From: Octopus bimaculoides
Lineage: Eukaryota
NCBI RefSeq assembly: GCF_001194135.2
Contig: NC_069006.1
Location: 10,442,458-10,496,229 of the forward strand
Length of the DNA stretch: 53,772 nucleotides
Direction: 5' to 3'
The translations under genes and the position numbers were made by a program. This document shows, in pieces, positions 1 through 12,281 of the stretch. Position 1 is the stretch's first letter. Each line of letters starts with the position of its first letter. The notes beneath the pieces are model-generated. The model was given only the letters and a program-made list of their open reading frames with translations. It made no database searches and was not told where the DNA came from.

Positions 1-29
1 ATATATATATATGTATATGTGCGTGTGTC

Positions 30-1630
30 ACCATCATCATCACTATCATTTAATGTCCATTTTCCATGCTGGCATGTGTTATACAGTTTGACTGGAAGTG
101 GTAAGCTGGAGAGCTGCACCAGGTTCCAGTCTGATTTGGTATGGTTTCTACAGCTGTATGTGTGTGTCGTTGTCGTTTAATATCTACTTTCCATGCTGGC
201 ATGGGTTGGAAAGTTTGACTGAGGACTGTCAAGCCAGAAGGCTGTGCCAGGCTCCACTCTGATCTGGCAAAGTTTCTACAGCTGGATGTCCTTCCTAATG
301 CCAACCACTCCGAGAGTGTAGTGGGTGCTTTTTACATGCCACCAGCACAAGGGCCAGTCAGGTAGTACTGGCATTGACCACGTTCAAATGGTGTATTTTA
401 TGCACAGGAGCTAGTCAGGCGACATTGGCAACAATCGCACTCGAATGGCGCTTTTTACCTGTCACCAGCACGGGAGCCAGTCAGTGTCTCTGGCGACGAT
501 CATGCTCGAATGTTGCTTTTAACGTTCCACTGGCACAGGTGCCAATCAGGCAGTACTGTCATCAGCTTCAACAGGTCTTCGCAAGCATAGTTTAGTGTCC
601 AATGATTGAAGGGTACTCTTAAATGGGCTGGTTATGTGACACTAGCATAAGTCATGGTTATGGTCTCACTTGGCTTGCTGAGTCTTCTCAAACACAGCAT
701 ATTTCCAAAGGTCTCAGTCACTAGTCTTTGCATCAGTGAGGCCCAGCATTCGAAGGTCGTGCTTCACCACCTCATCCCAAGTCTTCCTGGGTTTACCTCT
801 TCCACAGATTCCCTCAACTGCTAGGGTGTGACACTTGTTCACACAGCTGTCCTCATCCACATGCAACACATGACCATACCAGTGCAGTCGTCTCTCTTGC
901 GCACCACATCTGATGCTTCTTAGGTCCAACTTTTCTGTCAGGGTGCTTGCACTCTGTCATGTATGCACACTGACATTACACATCCAGCAGAGCATACTGG
1001 CTTCATTCCTTGCGAGCTTACGCATGTCCTCAGCAGTGATGGCCCATGTTTCACTGCTATGTAGCATGGCTGTTTACACACATGCGCCATATAGTCTACC
1101 TTTTACTCTGAGTGAGAGGCCCTTTGTCACCAATAGAGGTAGGAGCTCTCTGAACTTTGCCCAGGCTATCCTTATTCTAGCAGCTACACTTTCAGAGCAT
1201 CCACCCACACTACTGACTTGGTCACCTCGGTAACAGAAGCTGTCAACTATTTGTAGCTTTTCCCTCTGGAATGTAACAGAAGCTGTTCTCTGCACATTTT
1301 CAGTGTTTATAGTACCTGAGCATCTGCCACACACAAAAACTAACTTCCTAGTTAACCTTCCTTTGATATTACTGCACCTCTTATGTGTCCATGGCGTACA
1401 CTGGGAACATCTTATGGAGTTTCTACCTACGCCTTTTCTACAGATCAAGCAGGGCCATCTACCTGAAGGGATTTGTGGTTTGTCTACCTTCCTACTTATT
1501 AAGACTTTGGTTTTTGCTAGGTTGACTCTAAGGCCCTTTGATTCTAATCGTTGCTTTCACACCTGAAACTTCTCTTCTAGTTCTGATAGTTACTCAGCAA
1601 TTACAACAATGTCATCAGCATAGAGGAGCT
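30..1630 (-). mobile_element. 5'-truncated, decayed RTE-clade LINE (RT C-terminus, PHD-like finger, 3' UTR, (GAT)n tail)
   Basis: YADD at 1611-1622 (ELLYADDIVVIAE), then LESKGLRVNLAKTKV, IVDSFCY.GD, RIRIAWAKFRELLPLL and RLHWYGHV...GRGKPRKTWDEVVKHDL; stops and frameshifts present. Confidence 0.9.
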
Positions 1631-2346
1631 ATATATATATATACTAGTAATGCACTCCAACATTGTGTTATGACCTACAGCCACATTGTCTTATTTCTTC
1701 ATTTGTTATGGGCTGAATCTTTATAAACATGTTTTTTGGTCATTTTCTGATGAACAATGCTGCAGTTTCCATCTACAAAATTCAGTCACAAGTCTGTGGT
1801 TGTCCTAGGGCTATAGTAGAAAACACTTGCGCAAGGTACCATGCAGAGAGACTGAACATAGAACCATGTGGATGGGAAGCAAACTTCCCAACCACACAGT
1901 CATTCTTGCACTTAATGTGCATGTGTGTGTATTTACATTTGTTGTTAAATCGAATACTGTGTCCCACTATGTCTCAAAGTTAGCAGTTCATCAAGCAGAG
2001 ATCTATAAAATAAATATCAGATTGAAATACATACTGAGGTCAGTATGATCAATGTAATTTTGAAGGTGATACCCCATCATGGCGACAGTCGAAAGACTAA
2101 ACCCAGTAAAATAATGTTTAAAGACTTAATGGTTTCACATTTAAGGTAATGGATTACTAACCACAAGATAAGGAGTTCAAATCTTCGTATTGAACTTCCA
2201 CTCTGTACGATAACACTATATGTACATCTCAGTCTCCTTGACTTCCAACAATTAGCAATTGTAATTTGAAGCTGATTGGTTAGCAGTAAGAAAGATGTCC
2301 AGATTTCTTAAAGAATTCTGAGAAAAAGTAATTTTTTCACCACAAC

Positions 2347-2381
<35 letters not shown>

Positions 2382-3100
2382 GTGTCTCTGTGGTAACTTG
2401 AGCTACTACAAATAGCAGCCAAACATCTCTTAAAACACACCCTTTCATCAAAAGAAAGACACAGATTTACAGTATTTCAGGAAGGAAAAAAAATTAAATC
2501 TATGCGATGGGTCTGCTACATCAGAGACAACTCTGAGCTAAACAAAACACAGACAAACATACTTCACATTAAAAAATTATCTACTAAATAATACTAATAA
2601 AGTTGGTGGTATATCTTCAAAATTTCATTCCCTGGTAAAAATCCATGTTTTTTAAACATTTTGCCATTATGCTCTAAGACAGTTGCCTCCCTTAGCTAAA
2701 GACCTCAAAATTGTGCAACCCGACCTCATTTCCGAGGTTATATTTGTGGTAAAAAAGAGTTGTTTTGCAAAAAAAAAATACATTATTTGGTAGCCGAAAG
2801 ATTATTGAATCTTTTGATACCCCATACATCAAAACCAGTAACTCAGTTTTTGAATCCATAAGGAACACACACACACACACACACAAACTCTGCTTTATTA
2901 TACAAGATATATCAATTGCACTTCATATTTGAGGCTCTGATGAAGCTGCAATGTTTTACTCAGGCACCCAGCATATGAGTGGAAACAGCTGTAAACTAAT
3001 GAAGTTCATAAGATAATCGTTTATTCCCTTGTCATCTCCTTTTTCTCAGAGTTTCACAAACTATTTACTCAGAGTATATATATAATGTTCGCTCCCTCAA

Positions 3101-3460
3101 CAGGTTCGAGGGAACCTGTGGAAGAGGTAGACCCAGGAAGACCTGGGACGAGGTGGTGAAGCACGACCTTCGAACTTTAGGCCTCACCGAGGCAATGACT
3201 AGTGACCAGGACCTTTGGAAATATGCAGTACGTGAGAAGACCCGGCAAGCCAAGTGAGTGTATAAGCTGTAACCTCTGCCAGAAGTGTGGCCAGCTCACT
3301 TATTCATATCTTTACTTCATTNNNNNNNNNNNNNNNNNNNNNNNNNNNNNNNNNNNNNNNNNNNNNNNNNNNNNNNNNNNNNNNNNNNNNNNNNNNNNNN
3401 NNNNNNNNNNNNNNNNNNNNNGAAAGCGGACGTTAAACGATGATGATGATGATGATGATA
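3101..3460 (+). mobile_element. Second copy of the same RTE 3' end, interrupted by a gap
   Basis: FEGTCGRGRPRKTWDEVVKHDLRTLGLTEAMTSDQDLWKYAVREKTRQAK* (TGA 3255-3257); ggacgttaaacgatgatgat tail after the N-run. Confidence 0.85.
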
Positions 3461-4916
3461 TATATATAAATGTATATTTTGTCAGGTCGTTCTTGAGCAC
3501 TACTGGTAACATTTAACCCAGTACAACCTGTCTCATGGTTGGGTCGTGAGCGACTAATCTGGCAACCTCACCAAGCTTACTTGGGGAGAAGTGTGATTGT
3601 TAGACACCCTGCAAGACAAAAAAATAAGACCTGTCAAAGGGCAGAAGAACTCATGTGTATTCAACAGCTATGCAGCATTATGTGTATGTGTGTGTGTGTG
3701 TGTGTGTGTGCATGTATGCATGCATGTGTGTATATTTGTATATATTTATATTTTTTATTTTCATATATCCTTTTAAATTTTAAAAATTCTCTTTTTATAT
3801 ATTTATATCTTTTTATCTTATTTTATTTATAGCTTTAATTGTGAATTTATTTATTAATCTATGTATTTATTTTTATAAATAATAAAAACATTTTTAAATT
3901 GTAAAAATTTCAAATTTTTATGTATATATGTATTTCTTTTAATGTGTACATATGTGTATATATTTTATATATATATATTTGTGTGGTGGTGGGGTAGGTA
4001 GATGAGGCACATTAGCCATGGTGAAGGCAACTCTTCTAGGAGAGGGACACGCTGACATAAATCCAGGTCATGGTAATGACAGTTCCTTAACTGACTGCAC
4101 TGTCAAAGCCATGGCTGTCGATGGGGTCAAGCTGGGCTTCTGTTTTGAAATGAAGCTGTGATTAGGACAAGCAGTATAGGAGAATAAAGCTCTGAATTCA
4201 AATTGACTTACCACTGCTGGCTTGCAGTATCCTTTTGAGGAAAATCCCAGGAGAAGGTACTCCGATATAAAAGCTGCAGTCAACTTAGTACTAAGCATCT
4301 TGCTTTGCTTGTCACTGGAATCTACTATTTTGACCCAGAGAGTGGCAAAAGTGTTGTACAAGCATTTGTCACTGAAATCCAATGACGTACAGATATCCCC
4401 GACAAAACACCATCATCACTTTTTAAAAGTCCTATGACAATACAGGTATGGCCATGTATACAGGCTTGACCAGTTGGAAGCATACAGTTACAAATCTGCA
4501 CATAAGGTGGCAGGGTTCTTATCTTAACATCGCTAACATGTTTTCATGGACAGGAGCTGTTTTTGGAGGAGAATCCTGTGTCTGAGCTAGAAAAGGTCCT
4601 AGAAAAGGTGCTCTGTCCTCTCTCTCTGCTGGTTAGTTTACAGTGGCTAACGGTGGTCCAGTTTAGCAGGAATGAACAAAGAATTGATATAAACAATGAT
4701 AACAAGTAAGCAAGGAATAAGGTTTCTCTTAACCTGGCCTGTTGGAATATGAGAACCCTTTTAGATCAAGCAGATAGGCCTGAAAGAAGAACAGCTCTAG
4801 TAACAAAGGAGCTAAAGCATCGATAACTGAAGAGATGCCGGTACAGGTTTCCACCGTGACATCCGAAGCTTGGAGTTTTATTATGGCAACCAAATAATTG
4901 TCACATATTATATTAC

Positions 4917-4958
<42 letters not shown>

Positions 4959-4959
4959 C

Positions 4960-5203
4960 CAAAATTTTAAATTTAAAAGAGAGTTTTGACGTTGATATCC
5001 ATTATTATTGAAATTTATTCCTATGTCAACATTTCTGTATAAGGCTATATTTAACTGTCAAATTCAAGTCAAACATATAAATTGACTTACACATCTTCAG
5101 GGAAAAAAGGTTAAGAACAAAAGGTAAACACCAAAACATCGTCACTAAGTCCAGTTCATATTCAAATTTCTCCTTAAATAACTCGTTAAATAAATTCCTC
5201 CTT
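4960..5203 (-). repeat. Penelope pseudo-LTR, 3' copy (inverted repeat arm 1)
   Basis: About 244 nt, reverse complement of 6584-6827 with only scattered substitutions. Confidence 0.9.
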
Positions 5204-5445
5204 AAATAAAGGTCCATTACGGGGAGACAACCCCTCATAATATTATTAATAATATTAATAATATTATTAATAATATTAATAATATTATTAATAAATTATA
5301 AATAATCACATATTACAATGGAAATCTATATTATATTATCTCTAGAAGCTTTAGCAGAAAACACAACTGCTATTGGTAAACTGCCTTAAAACCTAATATT
5401 ATATTATAATGTACTATAATACCCGGTCATACTGCAATTTATAAT

Positions 5446-6583
5446 TCATTTAAACCAGAGAAATGTGTGTCTTGGAAAATGTATACATCTTAGAGCATTA
5501 TTTCTTAGTTTATTTATCAACTTACCCTTGGAGAATAATATAAAATATAGTTCTAAATTATAACGAACAATATCTCCTACCTTTGTAATACGGGAAAGAC
5601 CTCCCGATGATTGACCATTCTAACGAATATTGCTTTTTTTTGTTCTTTCAGTTCCCAAATGAATTTACTAAGACTAGTGCTTGCTATTTTACTTCTATCT
5701 CTAAAGGTACTATAATGATTAGATAATCTTTTACAGATTTGTCCCGAAGTACACTCCAGGTATCGGCTAACATCTGTCTGAGTCCATTGATAAACTACAT
5801 TTCTAACTCTCGCATTAGGGCCTTCAAACTTCAATCTTCTGGGGTTGACGTCTGTTACTGTAATCATATTCCGATTATTATTACTATTTTTATTATTATT
5901 ATTATTGTTATTATTATTATTATCATTTATATCAGGGTTTATATCGCTATCCACCCCTATTCCTTTTGATTTAAGTATTTTAAAATTATGAGCTGCAATT
6001 ATTTGGGCTAAGTTCATAGTGTTTGAAAAACCAAATCTAATGGTATGTGTATTAATAATTTTACTATAGTGTGAATTCTTTGGGAAATTCTTTGTGCAAT
6101 CAAGTTAGATTTAACATTCCTACCAAAAAGGATTATGAACCAAACATTATCATCTTTAGTATTATCACAGTCACTAGTATAATTCTTAAAAAAATTTAAA
6201 TTACCTATGTTACATTTATGGATATTCCTGGGTTTATCTTCCTTATTTCCACTAAGTTTATTCTTATACCTATTATTCTTATCTGTCTTAACATTGTTAC
6301 TATCAGTTTCAATATAGTAAACCTTCTCTTTGTACCCTGCCCTATTTAATGCTGAATTTTAGAATTGAGCTTCATTATCAAAAATCTTATCATTAGCAGA
6401 TGATCTAGAGAGTCTTAATGAAATATTTCTAACTAAATTATCAATAATTTTCTAGGATAGTTACTCCGCTTATTTATATATTTTAGGTTAGTTGAAGGTT
6501 TATGATATGGTCTATATGCCTCATTTTTAATATCTAATGTCACATTCAAGAAATTTGCTACAGAAATATCGTCTTCATAAATG
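5446..6583 (-). mobile_element. Penelope-like element remnant (RT thumb plus GIY-YIG endonuclease), decayed
   Basis: NFLNVTLD..NEAYRPYHKPSTNLKYINKRSNYP; LSRSSANDKIFDNEAQF; NFPKN...NLAQIIAAHNFKIL; NVVYQ...YLECTSG..CKRLSNHYSTF...STSLSKFIWELKE; CSL.NLE...CIH. Confidence 0.88.
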
Positions 6584-6827
6584 AAGGAGGAATTTATTTA
6601 ACAAGTTATTTAAGGAGAAATTTGAATATGAATTGGACTTAGAGACGATGTTTTGGTGTTTACCTTTTGTTCTTAACCTTTTTTCTCTGAAGGTGTGTAA
6701 GTCAATTTATATGTTTAACTTGAATTTGACAGTTAAATATAGCCTTATACAGAAATGTTGACATAGGAATAAATTTCAATAATAATGGATATCAGTGTCA
6801 AAACTGTCTTTTAAATTTAAAATTTTG
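6584..6827 (+). repeat. Penelope pseudo-LTR, inverted 5' copy (arm 2)
   Basis: Reverse complement of 4960-5203; abuts the truncated RT-coding sequence at 6583. Confidence 0.9.
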
Positions 6828-6956
6828 TATATATGACCAAGGAGAACTATCCTTAAGGAGTCTACTTTAGACTTTTTGTAGTGAAATCTCTTGCTATATT
6901 GGTAGCGATTACATGTTTTTCTCATCATCAACACATTGTGGAGATATCATCATATG

Positions 6957-7000
<44 letters not shown>

Positions 7001-9964
7001 TATATATATATACATATACATATATATATATTTATACATATATCGTGTGTATATATATATATATACCTACACATATATTGTATATATATATATATATATA
7101 TANNNNNNNNNNNNNNNNNNNNNNNNNNNNNNNNNNNNNNNNNNNNNNNNNNNNNNNNNNNNNNNNNNNNNNNNNNNNNNNNNNNNNNNNNNNNNNNNNN
7201 NNNNNNNNNNNNNNNNNNNNNNNNNNNNNNNNNNNNNNNNNNNNNNNNNNNNNNNNNNNNNNNNNNNNNNNNNNNNNNNNNNNNNNNNNNNNNNNNNNNN
7301 NNNNNNNNNNNNNNNNNNNNNNNNNNNNNNNNNNNNNNNNNNNNNNNNNNNNNNNNNNNNNNNNNNNNNNNNNNNNNNNNNNNNNNNNNNNNNNNNNNNN
7401 NNNNNNNNNNNNNNNNNNNNNNNNNNNNNNNNNNNNNNNNNNNNNNNNNNNNNNNNNNNNNNNNNNNNNNNNNNNNNNNNNNNNNNNNNNNNNNNNNNNN
7501 NNNNNNNNNNNNNNNNNNNNNNNNNNNNNNNNNNNNNNNNNNNNNNNNNNNNNNNNNNNNNNNNNNNNNNNNNNNNNNNNNNNNNNNNNNNNNNNNNNNN
7601 NNNNNNNNNNNNNNNNNNNNNNNNNNNNNNNNNNNNNNNNNNNNNNNNNNNNNNNNNNNNNNNNNNNNNNNNNNNNNNNNNNNNNNNNNNNNNNNNNNNN
7701 NNNNNNNNNNNNNNNNNNNNNNNNNNNNNNNNNNNNNNNNNNNNNNNNNNNNNNNNNNNNNNNNNNNNNNNNNNNNNNNNNNNNNNNNNNNNNNNNNNNN
7801 NNNNNNNNNNNNNNNNNNNNNNNNNNNNNNNNNNNNNNNNNNNNNNNNNNNNNNNNNNNNNNNNNNNNNNNNNNNNNNNNNNNNNNNNNNNNNNNNNNNN
7901 NNNNNNNNNNNNNNNGTCTCCCATAAAATCAAATACATTAAGATATATTTGATGTCATGGATTTTTTTTTCAATAGCAAAGTCAACAGCACCATGTGACC
8001 TGCCTTGACAAAAGGCAGCATAGTCTTCTGTGGCCATCTTGAACTTACTCTATTGCTTCATTCAGCTGCCCATGGCTGAGTAGCTGTTTCTATGACATGC
8101 CTATGAAAATTTTAAGTTGCATGGAGCTGAATAAAACTGTTGTTAAATACTGATATACAAGTGTGTGTGTGTGTGTGTGTGTGTAATATTTCATCTGATG
8201 ACATAAGGTAATAGGTATGTACCATTAGAGCATAGGTTGACTTACTGCCTAGAGCTCGAACTTGAAATGTAGCTAAAAGCAAGGATGTTATTGATAATGA
8301 TTGGTTATAAGTGACTTTTTTTGTATTGAACAAATACATGTAAAATTGGATAAAAGAATAAAATGGCAAACAACTGGTATCAGGTCAAATCATGACATTT
8401 ATGTATTTATATATTTAAACATGAGCATGGATCATAAGGAGGAAGGAAGTAAGAAGACATGCAAATAGTCCCTTACAGCTGTTTCAAGAACTGATGTGCT
8501 GTTGGTGTATTTCCCAACAAACAAACAGTAGTTAGCCATCGATTAGCAATCTATTCGGTCATCAGAGGGTGAATGAAGTTGAGCCTTAGTAGAAAGCTTT
8601 GGTCTGCTACTAGTAGGAAGTATAGAGAAAAGTTTAAAGGAATAGAGGTAGAGAAAACAAAGTCATAAACCCTATGGCAAGGGATGGATATATGAATTTT
8701 TAGAGTTAGAGAAATATATATAGAAAGGGACGGTTGGTGCCAATATGGGTAAGGAAGGAATATGCTAAATGATATGGTGTAAAGAAAACCATGTGTATAN
8801 NNNNNNNNNNNNNNNNNNNNNNNNNNNNNNNNNNNNNNNNNNNNNNNNNNNNNNNNNNNNNNNNNNNNNNNNNNNNNNNNNNNNNNNNNNNNNNNNNNNN
8901 NNNNNNNNNNNNNNNNNNNNNNNNNNNNNNNNNNNNNNNNNNNNNNNNNNNNNNNNNNNNNNNNNNNNNNNNNNNNNNNNNNNNNNNNNNNNNNNNNNNN
9001 NNNNNNNNNNNNNNNNNNNNNNNNNNNNNNNNNNNNNNNNNNNNNNNNNNNNNNNNNNNNNNNNNNNNNNNNNNNNNNNNNNNNNNNNNNNNNNNNNNNN
9101 NNNNNNNNNNNNNNNNNNNNNNNNNNNNNNNNNNNNNNNNNNNNNNNNNNNNNNNNNNNNNNNNNNNNNNNNNNNNNNNNNNNNNNNNNNNNNNNNNNNN
9201 NNNNNNNNNNNNNNNNNNNNNNNNNNNNNNNNNNNNNNNNNNNNNNNNNNNNNNNNNNNNNNNNNNNNNNNNNNNNNNNNNNNNNNNNNNNNNNNNNNNN
9301 NNNNNNNNNNNNNNNNNNNNNNNNNNNNNNNNNNNNNNNNNNNNNNNNNNNNNNNNNNNNNNNNNNNNNNNNNNNNNNNNNTCTAGGCTGGGTTTGGTAA
9401 AAAATTTGGGTGAACTGCTGTCCAAAGTTTGGGGGTATTAGCAGGGCTGTTTTAGCATCTGGCCTCTCACCTCAGTCCTACAATGTCATTCTAATACTAA
9501 ACAACTGCTTCAGTGAAATCTCTAAACTACAAGATAATGCATGATTATTTCAAAATAATACAAATAAACAAACATCACATGTGACAGAATAATCTGAACA
9601 GAAAAGGGTTAAACTTTCCTCTGTATCTTATATTAGTTGTTGAGCAAAGCTCTCTATTAAGGTCCTATTTAATTCTCTCTCTCTGATGATGAAAGAGATC
9701 ACTACTCTATAGCTGGTTTCTGTCCTTTTTCAAGGAAATACACCATCTGTACATCTGTTCTTGAAACAGGTGTAAGGAACTATTTGCACACTTTCTTACT
9801 TCATTCCTTCTCATCATCTATACTCATGTAACAACTCAAACTTCATGTTTTAATACATAAATATCATAATCTAACCTCATACCAGTTATTTGTCTGCTTA
9901 TATTTCTATTCTATAGTACATTCTTATGTACACATATATACATATATATGAAAAAAAGAGAATG

Positions 9965-10010
<46 letters not shown>

Positions 10011-12237
10011 TTAAATTTTAGACTTAAAGTAACATTAATAATGTTAGCATTATCAATGTCACATACATAACATTTCTTTTGTTTGTATACTTATTTGATG
10101 TGAGCATAGCCTCCCTAGAAATGTCTTTTCATAATACCTAAACGTTAAAAACATTGAGCACTACCTTTAAGATAGCATGTTTTACATTTATTGTATCATA
10201 TATTCCTATAATGTATATGTGTAGGTATGCATATGGTGTGCATGTTGGATGAACGCTAGCAGGACATGCAACATGACTGAAGCTCAAATATTGATAATGG
10301 AACACATAAAGTCAAGCTACAAGATGGAACGCAATCATGTTAAAAGAACGGACATTTATGAACCAATGAACAATTACTAGCGAAATACTTTTACCGTTAT
10401 TTTAATCTTTTACTTGTTTTAGTCGTTAGACTACAGCCATGCTGGGGTAATGCTTTGGAAAATGTTTTAGTTGAATGTATCAACCCCAGTACTTATTTTT
10501 TAAAAAGTTTTATACTTATTCTGTCAATCTTTTTTGCCAAACTGCTAAGTTATGGGAATGTGGAAACACACCTGCACAGGTTGTTAAGCAGTGGAGTGAC
10601 AAACACAAGCACAAAGTCACACACACACATATGACAGTTTCTTTCAGTTTGGGTCTACCCATTCCATTCACAAGGTTTTGGTCAGCCCAAGGCTTTAGTA
10701 GAAGACATTTGTCCAAGGTACCATGCAGTGGAACTAAGCTCAGAACCATGTGGTTGGGAAGCAAACTTCTTACCACATAGTCACAACCGCACCTACATAA
10801 AACTACACCAGAGCAATATCTTTTTCTTTTTTCTGACAGGAATCTGGTGAAAACTTCTTACCACACAGCTATGCCTGCCAATAAATTTTAATGATTATAT
10901 TTATATATACATACACACACACACAGTATGCAGCATTTGTAATACAGTTAGTATTCGTTACTAAACACAATATCATTGTAAACACCAGTTATTTACGTTT
11001 ATTTGCTGAGAAAAATTGAGCCCATCTCATTCATCTTATTGATACCCTTTTGATGCAAACTGTACAAAAGAAGTATATTCTTTGTTTATATATAACATGC
11101 AGTTATGTTATTTAACATTGATACATAAAAAACGAAAGTGAAGTGAAGCAAGTTGATATGTAGATATATAACAGCAATGTAATCTTAGTATCCCTTATTT
11201 TAAAGCAATGGGCATACATATGTGCCCCACTGACTTTGTTTCCTCATAAATTTGTGAAAAAACATTGGCGGGGAGTAGGGAAAGTAGTTTCAGAAGATTC
11301 ACATGAGTTAGATTTATTTCCTCATATCTTTCAGAATAATCAGTATTTTAATATGAAAATTTTGACCAATATCTTTTAGTGTGTGTGGATTACGATTATA
11401 TCAGAACTTAATATGAAAATAAAAATTGGTGCAATTGCACACATGCATACTGACACACTCACCACATTTTTTCTTTTGTGGTGGGGAGAGAATTTATTTC
11501 CCAACAAATCCACTCACAAGGCTTTGGTCAGTCCAAAGCTATGTTAAAAAAGACTCCTCATGCAACGTGCTGTGTAGTGAGACTGAACCGTAGAACACAC
11601 AGACTGGGAGCAATCTTCTTAACCGCACAGCCATGCCCGTGCCTATGTATACTGCAGGTTTTGCAGAAGAACTGGTCAATAAACCCCGGGTACAGCTTCC
11701 TCACCCCTGAGGAACTCCTTCAGGATCTCATTTCATGTTTCTGTCCCTACCCTTTATTTTGATTTTTCTCTCAATTTTGTTACAATCTATCAAGCCCTGT
11801 CTAATCACAGTTCACTTATCATTAATTGATTAATTAATCATGATCCACTTGCCATTAGATAATCACAATTCACATATTTCTAAATAGCCATTACCCATTT
11901 CTTACTAATTAATCAACATTCACCTAATTTTAATTAAGCACAGTCCATCTAGCTTTCAATAAGAACTAAATTGAATTAATCTCTCCCTAGAGTTAGGTAG
12001 AAACAGCAGAGTGGTACAGTCTACATAGCTATTTATAGGTACCACATAATGGTACAGTCTATCTAGCTGTCAGGAGGTACCAATGATATAACCTCCTTGA
12101 TCCTCTTCCTATCAGGAAGAATTTTAATCAATGCAATAAGAACAAACATGTATGAATACACACATGCATACACACTTATATGCAGGCATACATATTCACA
12201 CATACATACATATATATGCATACACACACAAACACAC

Positions 12238-12281
<44 letters not shown>

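Noticed and set aside
4068-4437. ORFs of 104 aa (-) and 71 aa (+) in non-repetitive-looking sequence
   Set aside because: No recognisable motif in any frame and stops in the neighbouring frames. A tBLASTx or Dfam search would be needed.
6881-9441. Long ORFs of 205-375 aa (also 13329-13594, 19723-20187, 3202-3516)
   Set aside because: They are open only because they run through N gaps and (AT)n tracts.
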